Assembly: GCA_035221665.1 (NCBI GenBank)
Contig: CM069138.1
Location: 22,444,001-22,508,000, forward strand
Length of the DNA stretch: 64,000 bases
DNA from: Okamejei kenojei
Lineage: Eukaryota
Reading direction: 5' to 3'
Under the pieces are notes generated by a model. That model ran no database searches, had not been told where the DNA came from, and saw only the letters and a program-made list of their open reading frames with translations. This document shows positions 40,599-52,379 of the stretch, in pieces (the stretch's first letter is position 1; the number at the start of each line of letters is the position of its first letter). The position numbers and the translations under genes were made by a program.

Positions 40599-42246
40599 CA
40601 GTGGCTTGCAAAAGTATTCATACCCTTTGAACTTTTCCACATTTTGTCACGTTACACCCACAAACGTAAATGTATTTTATTAGGATTGTATGTGATAGAC
40701 CAACACAAAGTGGCGCATAATTGTGAAGTGGAAGGAAAATGATGCATGGTTTTCAAATCTTTTTACAAATAAAAAACTGAAAAGTGTGGCGTGCAAAAGT
40801 ATTCAGCCCCCTTTACTCTGATACCCCTAAATAAAATCTAGTGCAACCAATTGCCTTCAGAAGTCACCTAATTAGTAAATAGAGTCCACTTGTGTGTAAT
40901 CAAATCCCTCATATAAATACAGCTGTTCTGTGAAGGCCTCAGAGGTTTGTTAGAGAACATTAGTGAACAACACAATGTTCCTTGGGCATCATGAAGCCCA
41001 AGGAACACACCAGACAGGTCAGGGATGAAGTTGTGGAGAAGTTTTAAAGCAGGGTTAGGTTATAAAAAGATATCCCAAGCTTTTGAACATCTCACGGAGC
41101 ACTGTTCAATCCATCATCTGAAAATGGAAAAGAGTATGGCAACAATTGCAAACCTACCAAGACATGGCCGTCCACCAAAGTGACAGGCCGGGCAAGGAGA
41201 GCATTGATCAGAGAAGCAGCCAAGAGGCCCATGGTAACTCTGGAGGAGCTGCAGAGATCCACAGCTCAGGTGGGAGATTCTGTCCACAGGACAAACTATT
41301 AGTCGTGCACTCCACAAATCGGGCTTTATGGAAGAGTGGCAAGAAGAAAGCCATTGTTGAAACAAAGCCATAAGAAGTCCCGTTTGCAGTTTGCCACAAG
41401 CCATGTGGAGGACACAGCAAACATGTGGAGGAAGGTGCTCTGGTCTGATGAGACCAAAATTGAAGTTTTTTTTGTTTTGCATAAATGCAAAATGCTATGT
41501 GTGGTGGAAAACTAACACTGCACATCACCCTGAACACACCATCCCCACTGTGAAACGTGGTGGGTGGCAGCATCATGCAGGTGTGGGGTGCTTTTCTTTT
41601 TCAGCAGGGACGGGAAGCTGGTCAGAAGTTGATGGAAGATGGATGGAGCCAAATACAGGGCTATCTTGGAAGAAAACCTGTTAGAGTCTGCAAAAGACTT
41701 GAGAGACTGGGGCGGAGGTTCACCTTCCAGCAGGACAACAACCCTAAACATACAGCCAGAGCTACAATGGAATGGTTTTAGATCAAAGCATATTCATGTG
41801 TTAGAATGGCCTAGTCAAAGTCCAGACCTAAATCCAATTGAGAATCTCTGGCAAGACTTAACAATTGCTGTTCACAGACGCTCTCCATCCAATCTGACTG
41901 AGCTTGAGCTATTTTGCAAAGAAGAATGGGCAAAAATTTCAGTCTCTAGATGTGCAAAGCTGGTAGAGACATACCCCAAAAGACTTGCAGCTGTAATTGC
42001 AGCGAAAGGTGGTTCTACAAAGTATTGACTCAGGGGGGCTGAATACTTTTGCACGCCACACTTTTCAGTTTTTTATTTGTAATAAAATTTGGAAACCATG
42101 TATCATTTTCCTTCCACTTCACAATTATGCACCGCTTTGTGTTGGTCTATCACATAAAATCCCAATAAAATACATTTACATTTGTGGTTGTAACGTGACA
42201 AAATGTGGAAAAGTTCAAGGGGTATGAATACTTTCGCAAGCCACTG
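40599..42246 (+). mobile_element. Tc1/mariner DNA transposon, full length, IR/DR type, frameshifted transposase
   Basis: TA duplications at 40597-98 and 42247-48. ITRs of about 210 bp start CAGTGGCTTGC(A/G)AAAGTATTCA and carry an inner repeat GCAAAAGTATTCA. Motifs WSDETK, QQDNNPKH, WPSQSPDLNPIENLW. Confidence 0.95.
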
Positions 42247-44489
42247 TATCTTTCACCTTGTTGAATACTGATGCAATGTAGTCCTTAAGTACCTCACCTG
42301 CATCGTCTGACTCCAAGCATAAAATCCCTCCTTTGTGATCCTATCTTCTCGCTAGTTATCCATTTGTTTAAATGTGTTTATTGAATGCCTTGTTAATTCT
42401 GCTTGTCAGGGGCATTTCATGGCCCCTTTGGTCATCCTACTTCCATGCTTTAGTTCCTTCCTGCTTTCTTTATATTCCTTAAAGTTACTGTCTGATTTCA
42501 TCTTCCTACATATTACAAATGCTTCTGTTTCCTTTTTGACCAAATTTACAACGTTTTGCTGCCTGCTTCCCATTCTTTCCCTTCTCCTTATGGAACATAC
42601 CGGTCTCAAGTAACCCCAGCATTCCCTCTCTCCCTATCTCTCTCCCACCCAAGTCGCACCAGCTTCTCGTTTTCACCCAACAAACAGCTAACAATGCCTG
42701 TTTCCTTTATCATAGTTATTTTTTTGCATATCTTTCATTCATTGTTCTTTATCTCTCTACATCGTCATCGATATCTCTAATTTCCCTTATCCCTAACTAG
42801 TCCGAGGAAGGGTCTTGACCCGAAAAGTCACCCGTTACTTCTCTCCAGAGATGTGGCCTGTCCTGCAAGTTACTCCAACTTTTTGTGTCTATCTTTGGTT
42901 TAAACCAGCATCTGCAATTCCTTCCTACTCATACCAGTCTTGAACTTTGGTCTTCAAATGACTCCCACGTTAGATGTGGACTGACCCAAGAACAGCTGCA
43001 CTCAAATTACTCTCTCTAACTGGTGACCAATAGTGTTGTAATTTGCTCTCCCCCAGTCCAGATGTATCCTATTCAGAATTATCTTAAACATCTGATGGAG
43101 TTGTGAACAGTCTGTTCCAAAAATGTTCTCCCACTGAAATGCCAATCACCATTACCTGACTGTCTACTGCCCGCACATGGAGATCTAGCAAAAACCTCAA
43201 ACCAAATTAATATCATATCATAAGATCATAAGTGATCGTAAGTGATAGGAGCAGAATAAGGTCATTCAGCCCATCAGGTCTACTCCACCATTCAATCATG
43301 GCTGATCTATCTCTCCCTCCCAGCCCCATTCTCCTGCCTTCTCCCCATAACCTCTGACACCCGTACTAATCAATATTGTTATCCGGATGAGAACATTTTT
43401 TAGTAAGCCTGGAAATAGATAATGAATTAGTTTAAGAACTGATATAGAACCTATTCAGTATGTAGGATCTACAGATATCAAAGCTATCAAACATGACATA
43501 ACTTGCAGCTTAACGTTCCAGGTTTTTGATGTTTCAGGTGTGGTAGAGAGGGAGGTAAATGGAGGAGTTGCACTATTAATTGATGAAGGTTAGGCAGTGG
43601 ATGTTGCAGACATGGATATTAGTAAGGTTTTTTATAAGTTCTCTCATGATAAGCTGATCCACAAATGTCTGGAATTCACGATGACTTGGTCATATGCATT
43701 CAGAAATGGCTTAATAATAGAAGACACCGGGATGTGGAAGGAAGATATTCTGGCTGGAGTTCTGTAACCAGTGGGAATCTGCTATTCTAAGTCAATGCAC
43801 TTTGCCACAACTGTGGGAAAACCCTCATTAACAATGTGCAACTGACAGAGGTGGGAGATGAGGACAAGGGGAATCCTATCCTTGTTCTGGGTGGACGGAG
43901 AGGGATTGAGAGCGGAAATGTGAGACTTGGTACATGAACATTACAGAGTCTTGTCAGCAATCACGGTATTTTTCACAGACATAGTTGAAGGAGACAGAGA
44001 GCTCAGTAATATGGCTTGAAGACGACAACTTCTCCCTCATTGTCAGTGATGATGATGAAACTTTTGTGGATATTACGTCCATTTAATTTGCAGAAAGGAT
44101 TTCATTAGGTTCCAAAAATGTGAGCACACAAAATATGAGGTAACTTTGTTAAACAAGGGACAGAGAAGTTCCATGCTCCGCTGAGTGTGCCAAATGGCAA
44201 TCCTTGGTAATCCTTAGGGAAAAAATCATTTTCCCCTCAGCATGCCTCCAATGCTTCTGCAATTATTTTTAATTTTGGTTCACTGTGTTTTGATCACACT
44301 ACAAAGAGAAGTAGGTAATAGAAGCTTCACTCACCATTCAATATGATCATGGCTGATCTGCCCAGAATTCATCTCATCCTCTGTGCACAATCACCCTCGA
44401 TCCTCCCGATCCCTCAAAAGGTTATCTACCTCCACCTTAAGTGCTTTAAATGGTCTAGCTTCTACAACTCCCTGAGGCAGAGTTTAGTG

Positions 44490-44800
44490 TGGTTTAGAGA
44501 TACAGAGCGGGAACAGGCCCTTCGGCCCACTGGGTCCGCACCAACCAGCGATCCCTGAACATTAACACTATCTTACATAAACTAGAGACAATTTACACTT
44601 AAACCAAGCCAATTAACCAACAAACCTGTACGCCTTTGGAGTGCGGGAGGAAACCGAAGATCTCTGAGAAAACCCACACGGTAATGGGGAGAACGTACAA
44701 ACTCTGTACAGGCAGCACCAGCATTCGGGATCAAACCCGGGTCTCTGGCGCTGCAAGCACTGTAAGGCAGCAACTCTACCGCTGCGCCACCCTGCCGCCC
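44490..44800 (-). mobile_element. SINE (same family); further copies near 38785-39100, 40225-40480, 53515-53715 and 55055-55258
   Basis: Shared tRNA head and core. Confidence 0.7.
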
Positions 44801-46619
44801 AATTTCAGAAATTCACTACTCTCCGCAAAAATGTCTACACACCTTAGTGTTTTAAATGGCCAGGCATTTATTGTAATATGTTCCCTCAGTCAAGATTCTC
44901 TCACAAGTGCAAACATCTAAGCATCTACCCCATCACGCCGGGATCACCAGCTGATGTTGTAATAAAAGAGACTGGAGATGACCAATACTGTATGTGGTAA
45001 CTTTTAGTAGCGATCTGTATGATTGGTCAAACAGAGATTTGCCGTTTGGGGAAAGCTTTAAGCTATCTCTGATGAAGAAATGGATAGAGATAGCGAAACA
45101 ACACCAACCCCCAAAGAAGGAGGAAGCAGGTGATAAACGAAGAGGGAAATAAGGGTCCTGTGCCTATAACACAAAAGCAGGTGGTAGTGTTGTTAGTTAT
45201 AGTTGTACTGCTGTATATAACTTTAAGATTAAAGGACAAAATAACTCTTACATCCCTCTGGAGCAACAGCAAGGGAACGCCCAACAGGGATGTTATCGAA
45301 TCCCGTACTGATACTTTTATAATCTCTAGAACGGACCCACTGCCGTCACTGAGAAGACAGGCTCTGTGCAAACTGGGAGCATTCTTACACTGCACCGCAG
45401 ACAGTAAGTTTATGGAACGATCTCAAGTTCGGACCCATCAATTGCTAAATTAAATTAATGAGGAAAAACAAGGGCAATATATACATACACTGAACCTTTT
45501 TTTCTCGTTTATTATGTTGTTTACAGTATACTATGTTTACATATTCTGTTGTGCTGATGAAATAAAGAAAGTTGTTCTATCTGGGACATATGAAAATAAA
45601 ACACTCTTGATCCTTGACATCTATCCTGCACTCCAATAAACAATCTGGTTGATGGGCACAATGGTGGATATTCTGCCACTATTTCTGATGAATTCCCCAA
45701 CACTTAGAGAATGTTTAAACTTTTCCTAGCACCCTAGTTACCTAATGAAAGAGACCTGCCTTTTACAATCCATATTTCGAAACATGTTTCGAAAAATAAC
45801 GGTGTTCCTCATTGCTTAAATACAACTGCAATAACTGTTAGGAAAAGGAACTTGCTTTAACTTAATACTCAATTTTAACTTTTGAACTTCTACAGATATA
45901 CAGTTGAGAGAATATTGACTGGTTGCATCAGGCCACTCAAACATCCAAGAGTGAAGAAAATTGCAAAAACTGGTGAACGCTGCGCAGTCCATCATGGGCT
46001 CTGACCTCCCCACCATCAAAGGAAGTTACAGGAATCACTGCCTCAAGGCAATAGAAAATAGATAATAGGTGCAGTCGCAGGCCATTCAGCTCTTCGAGCC
46101 AGCACCACCATTCAATGTGATCATGGCTGATCATTTCCAATCAGTACCCGGGTTTCTGCCTTCTCCCCATATCCCCTGACTCCGCTATCGTTTAGAGCCC
46201 TATCTAGCTCTCTCTTTAAAGTATCCAGAAAACCGGCCTCCACCGACCTCTGAGGAAGAGAATTGCACAGACTCACAACTCTCTGTGAGAAAATGTGTTT
46301 CCTCGTCGTTGTTCTAAATGGCTTACCCCTTATTCTTAAACTGTGAACCCTGGTTCATAAACTCATGGATATTTATGAATATTCTGTATATTCATTTCCA
46401 ATTTGTACTCATTTTCTTTTCATCTGAGCTCCACTCTTTCACTCAGCACTGAAATTACCAACAATCGTTTTGGTAAAAGCAACTGCACAGAAGTACAAAC
46501 ATTGAATGTCAATGGATAAATCCTGTCCTATGTAAGTGTTTGTTGACTATAACTATGTTAAACTGAGTAGTATATCAGGAACAAAGATAGTATTTTAGTA
46601 ACATTCATTTAGCATAGTC

Positions 46620-47305
46620 AATAGACAATAAACAAGAGGCAATAGGTGCAAGAGTAGGCCATTTGGCCCTTTGAGCCAGCATCGCCATTCACTGTGATCA
46701 TGGCTGATGATCTACAATCAGTACCCCTTTCCTGCCTTCTCCCCATATCCCTTGAATTCGCGATCTTTAAGAGCTCTATCGAACTCTCTCTTGAAAGCAT
46801 CCAGAGAAAGGGACTCCACTGCCTTCTGAGGCAGAGAATTCCACAGATTCGTAACTCTCTGGGTGAAAACGATTTTCCTCATCTCCGCTTTAAATGGCCT
46901 ACCCCTTATTCTTAAAATATGGTCCCTGGTTCTGGATTCCCCCAACATCGGGAACATGTTTCCTGCCTCTAGCGTGTCCAAACCCTTGATAATCTTATGT
47001 GTTTCAATAAGATATCCTCTCATTCTTCTAAACTCCAGAGTAAACAAGCCCAGCCGCCCCATTCACTTAACATATGACAGTCCCGCCATCCTGGGAATTA
47101 ACCTTGTAAACCTCAATAGCAAGAATGTCCTTCCTCAAATTAGAGGACCAAAACTGCACACAATACACCAGGTGTGGTCTCACTAGGGCCCTGTACAACT
47201 GCAGAAGGACCTATTTGCTCCTATATTCAACTCCTCTTGTTATTAAGGTCAACATGCCATTTGCTTTCTTCAATGTCGGTATCTGCATGCTTACTTTCAT
47301 TGACT
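46620..47305 (-). mobile_element. CR1 LINE 3' fragment
   Basis: ORF 46718-47062 is the CR1 ORF2 C-terminus; 3' tail present. Confidence 0.8.
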
Positions 47306-49149
47306 GATATACTAGGGAGCATGTTGGTGTCTGTAAAAGGCTTTTAGAGGCAGCAAATGTGACAAAAGTATCATAAAGACACAGGTGTGTTGGAAGGAAC
47401 TGGAGATGCTGGTTTACACCAAAGATAGACACAATAAGCTGTAGTAACTCAGCAGGTCAGGCAGCATCTTTGGAAAATTAGGTGACAATTTGGGTCGAGA
47501 ACCATCTTCAGACCAAAGAAGGGTCTCGATCTGAAACATCACCTATTCCTTTTCTCCTGAGATGCTGCATGACCTGCTGAGTTACTCCAGCTTTTTGTGT
47601 CCATTAAGACACAAATGTTTGGCACTGCATTTGCTGGAATTGTGGAAAGCATCCTAGCAAGATGCATCACAGCTTGGTTTGGCAAAGTCTACCCAAGATT
47701 GCAAGAAATTGTGGATTATAGTTTATTACAATTCAGCCACTCTCTCCTATCGACTACAACGACACTTCATGCTGCCTTGGGAAGGCAGCTAACATAGTCA
47801 TTGATCCTTTTTACCCCAGTTATTCCCTTTTCTTCCCTCTCACTTCGGGCAGAAGATATAAAAGCTTGAAACCATATATCACCAGATTCAGGAACAAACT
47901 TTTCTCTACTGTTATCAGACTACTGAAGAGAACGCCCTTAAGGTGGGGTGTAAGCCCTATCTTCCAACTTATCTCATTGCCGATCTTAAGACTTTTTCTC
48001 TGTAACTTCAAGAACCAGAGGACATAGATGTAAGTGAGGTGGGAAAGATTTAACAGGAACCTGTGGGGTAATGTTTTCACACAAAGGGTGGTAGGTGTAT
48101 GAAAGGAGCTGCCAGAGGAGGTAGCTGAGGCATTATCATAATGTTTCGAAAACATTTGGACAGGTACATAGATAGGATGTATAGGGAGATATGGGCCAAA
48201 CAGAGGCAGGTGGGACTAGTTTAGACGGGGCATGTTGGTTGGCATGGGCAAGTTGGTCGGTATGACTCTAACTGTAATGGTATAATGCTGTAACATTATA
48301 TTCTGTGCTCTGGTAATTTTCTTTTTACACTACCTGTTGTACTTGTGTATGACTGGAGTGTACTCATGGAAAGTGTGATTTGCCTGGAAACAAAGCTTTT
48401 CACTATATCTCAACATACATGACAATACTAAATCCACACTGATAGTTAATAAAATGATGAGAGGCGTAGATAGAGTAGATGAACAGCGCTTTTCGAGAAT
48501 GAAAACATCAAATATCAAATATGCGAAGTGGCGGCGTCTAACGGCAACGGCTCGGCTGCAGTCCATCTGTCTTTTAAAAAAAAAAATTCCTGTTAGATAT
48601 ATGTTTTTGGTTCTAATTTTTAAGTCTGTATAAGGGTTTCGGCCCAAAACGTTGCCTATTTCCTTCGCTCCATAGATGCTGCCGCAGCCGCTGAGTTTCT
48701 CCAGCAATTTTGTCTACCAAGGGAAGAGATAATACTTTTGCCTTCCATCACAGTGAGGAGATGTTGCAGATTCACTGTGATGGATGTTTGTGTAAATTGT
48801 GTTAAGTGTGTGTTTTTTTTGTTGTTGTAATGTCATAACTTAGAAATTTCATAGGAATGAAATTTCGTTCAAACCTTGTCTGTTTAAATGACGATAAAAG
48901 GCATTCTATTCTACAAAGCTTTAAGAGTGAGAGGGCGAAATTTTAAAGGAGCTTTACAAGGTCATTTTTTTTACATGGAGTGGTAGTGCTGAAGTAAGTG
49001 GTGAAAGTAGATATGAGAGAATGTTTCAGCGGAATTCAGAAAGACATATCAACAGGCAGGGAATAGAGTGACATCTACAATGTGCAGGAATTGTGGTTGG
49101 TTTGGGATTAAGCAAATCCCTTGATGAGTTTAAGGACTCTAGTACACAA

Positions 49150-49575
49150 GAGTTTAGTCACTGGCGTTTAGAAGGATGAGGGGGATTTTATAGAAACATA
49201 TAAAATTATAAAAGGACTGGACAAGCTAGATGCAGGAAAAATGTTCCCAATGTTGGGCGAGTCCAGAGCCAGGGGCCACAGTCATAGAATAAAGGGTAGG
49301 CCATTTAAGACTGAGGCGAGAAAAACCTTTTCACCCAGAGTTAGTGAATTTATGGAATTCCCTGCCACAGAGGGCAGTGGAGGCCAAGTCACTGGATGGA
49401 TTTAAGAGAGAGTTAGATAGAGCTCTAGGGGCTAGTGGAGTCAAGGGATATGGGGAGAAGGCAGGCATGGGTTATTGATAGGGGATGATCAGCCATGATC
49501 ACAATGAACGGCGGTGCTGGCTCGAAGGGCCGAATGGCCTACTCCTGCAACTATTTTCTATCTTTCTATGTTTCT
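49150..49575 (+). mobile_element. CR1 LINE 3' fragment
   Basis: Homologous to the 3' ends of the long CR1 copies; TTTCTATG tail. Confidence 0.75.
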
Positions 49576-52379
49576 AAGAGGGGAATTTAGAGTTCAAGAA
49601 GAGGACATGAGATAGCTTTGGCAGATAAGTAAATGAGAATCCTAAGAGATTCTGTAAGTACAGTAAATGGAGAGCTAAAGAGTACAGAGTGAGAGAATAT
49701 GTCCATTTAAGGAGCAATGTAGTCATCTATGCTTGGATTCTTAAGCGGTGTATGAAATCCTAAATTAATATTTCTCATCGGTACTTACTGTGGAAGGAGT
49801 CAAGGAAGCTAAGGAGTTATGGAATAAACATTGGAAGATCCAGTAAAGTAAGTTGTTTGAGGTCGGTCGTGATAAGGCAACAGTGGCATGATATAGGGAT
49901 ACCTAAATAATTAATAAGTATATACCAGTAACAATGTCACAAAATAGCTTTTTGATAAATTGCATTGATGTTAATGGCTCTAATTATATGTTGACAGATT
50001 TTCCCTCAATCTTCCAATCAATCAATCAATCAATCAACCTTTATTGTCTAGCAAAGCAACAGTTGTACAGTGCAAAAAGAGAAGATGTTTCCCAGGAAAT
50101 ACCAGAGCATCGCACATCAAGCTTAAACATTTCACACATAAATAAAAACTATAACAAACAACCCAGTCACTGATAAAAACAATACGAATAGTTAAAAGTG
50201 CAGGTAAAAAAACCCAGCAACATTAAAATACAAGTAAAAACAGTCATAAATTGTCCAGGGCAGCTGATTTAAGTGGCCAGTGCCAGAGTTTGTCATTAAA
50301 TTCCACAGTCTGGCCACTCAATTACTCTGTTTGTGTCTTGGTAACTTGCACCACTGCCTAACTGAGTAGTGTCTTTGAACATGGCTGAACTTCATCAGGT
50401 CACTGTCTGATCTATTGATTCTCATTTCTGTCGCTGTCTCACCGACAAATGTTTTCAGAATATTGGGCTCTTCATTCAGATCTGCAGCAGCTGATTCTGC
50501 TTTTATATATAACTCTGAATTCCCCCATCTGGTTAAAAGTGCAGGTCCCTAAGGATTACCAAGGGTTGCCATTTGACACGCCCTGCCAATTATGCAACCT
50601 CTCTGTCTCTTATTTTGCAAAGTTATCTCAAATTTTGTGTGCTCACATAACTGGAACCTGATGAAATCATTCCAGTAAATTAAATGGAGGCAATATCGAC
50701 AAACGTTTCATCACCATTACAGACCATGAGGGAGAGGTTGCTGTCTTCACACCATATTACTGAGCTCTCTATCTCTTTCCCCTAAGCTTGTGAAAAAGAC
50801 TGTGACTGCTGACAAGTCTCACACTTCAGCTCTCTTTCCCACTCTGACCTCCCAGAACAAGGATAGAGTTCCTCTTGTCCTCATCTCCCATCCCTGCCAG
50901 ACCTATATTATTAATGAGCATTCCCACAAACAATTATGCTTTGACATGTGCTTAGAAAAGCAAGATGTAGGATCAGTCAGGGTTGAAGCTTAGAAGCAGC
51001 AAGTTCTGCAAGTGTCCTCCATTTCTGCCAATCATCCAAGTGACTGTCTTAGTTTTTTTCTCTCTCCATTAGTACAGCCAGCCCAGCTATCAGCAACACA
51101 TATATAGACAAGGAAGCACCATCTCTTCATCACCATCTCTTCATCACCATCACCATCAACGAGATCTGGGGGTCCTTGTTCATCTGTCTATGAAAGTAAG
51201 CATGCAGGTACAGCAGGCAGTGAAGAAAGCGAATGACATGTAGGCCTTTATAACAAGAGGAGTCGTGTATAGGAGCAAAGAGGTCCTTCTGCAGTTATAC
51301 AGGGCCCTGGTGAGACCACACCTGGAGTATTGTGTGCAGTTTTGGTCCCCTAATTTGAGGAAGGACATTCTTGCTATTGAGGAAGGCAGCATTGCCGGGA
51401 TGGCGGGACTGTCATATGCTGAGAATGGAGCGGCTGGGCTTGTACACTCTGGAATTTAGAAGGAGAGGGACCTTATTGAAACATATAAAATTGTTAAGGG
51501 TTTGGACACGCTAGAGGCAGGAAACATTGAATGGCGGTGCAGGCTCAAAGGGCCAAATGTCCTACTATTGCACCTATTTTCTATGTTTTCTATGAAACAT
51601 GTCACCGATTTTGAGAGATTCCAGAACCAGGGGCCACAGTTTCTGCCTTCTCCCCATATCTCCTGATTCTGCTATCTTTAAGAGCCCTATCTAGCTCTCT
51701 CTTGAAAGTATCCAGAGAACCGACCTCCACCACCCTCTGAGGCAGAGAATTCCACAGACTCACAACTCTCTGAGAGAAAACGTGCTTTCTCATCTCCATT
51801 CTAAATTACTTACCCCTTATTCTTAAACTGTGGCCCCTAGTTCTGGTCTCCCCCAACATCGGGAACATGTTTCCTGCCTCTAGCGTGTCCAAACCTTTAA
51901 CAATCCTATATGTTTCATAGATAGGATGAAAGCACACAGTCTTTTTCCCAGGGGAGGGTAATCAAAAACAAGAGAGCATAGGTTTAAAGTGAGAGGGGGC
52001 TGTAGGTGGTGTTTTGTACATGGTACATGCTGACAGAGGAAGTGGTTGAGTCATGTGCAATTCAACATTTATAAGGCATTTGCACAAACACATATAGGAA
52101 AGGGTTTGAGGGATGTGAGCAAACATGGCCAAATGTGACTAGCTTAGATAGGGCATCTTGGTCAACACAGATGGGTTAGACCAGATCTATTTGATAATCT
52201 TGCCTGGGTTTGACCTTATTGAATCTGATGAATGTTAATATGCCTGAAACTAACTTGGTTTCTCTCCCCAACCGCAGCTCTGAGCTGCTGAGTGTTCTTG
52301 GCTTTTGTGTTATTATCATACCTGCCTCTGCAGTCTTTTGCCTGTATCTCTTTATTGGGCCAAAATTTCTTCCTAGCCA

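Noticed and set aside
43156-43184. 29-nt candidate mini-exon on the minus strand (TTTTTGCTAG|...CAG|GTAATG)
   Set aside because: Its length would shift the frame between the leader and V1, and it has no other support.
44956-45470. Possible solo LTR / hydrophobic ORF 45130-45453
   Set aside because: No matching TSD found and no recognisable protein features.
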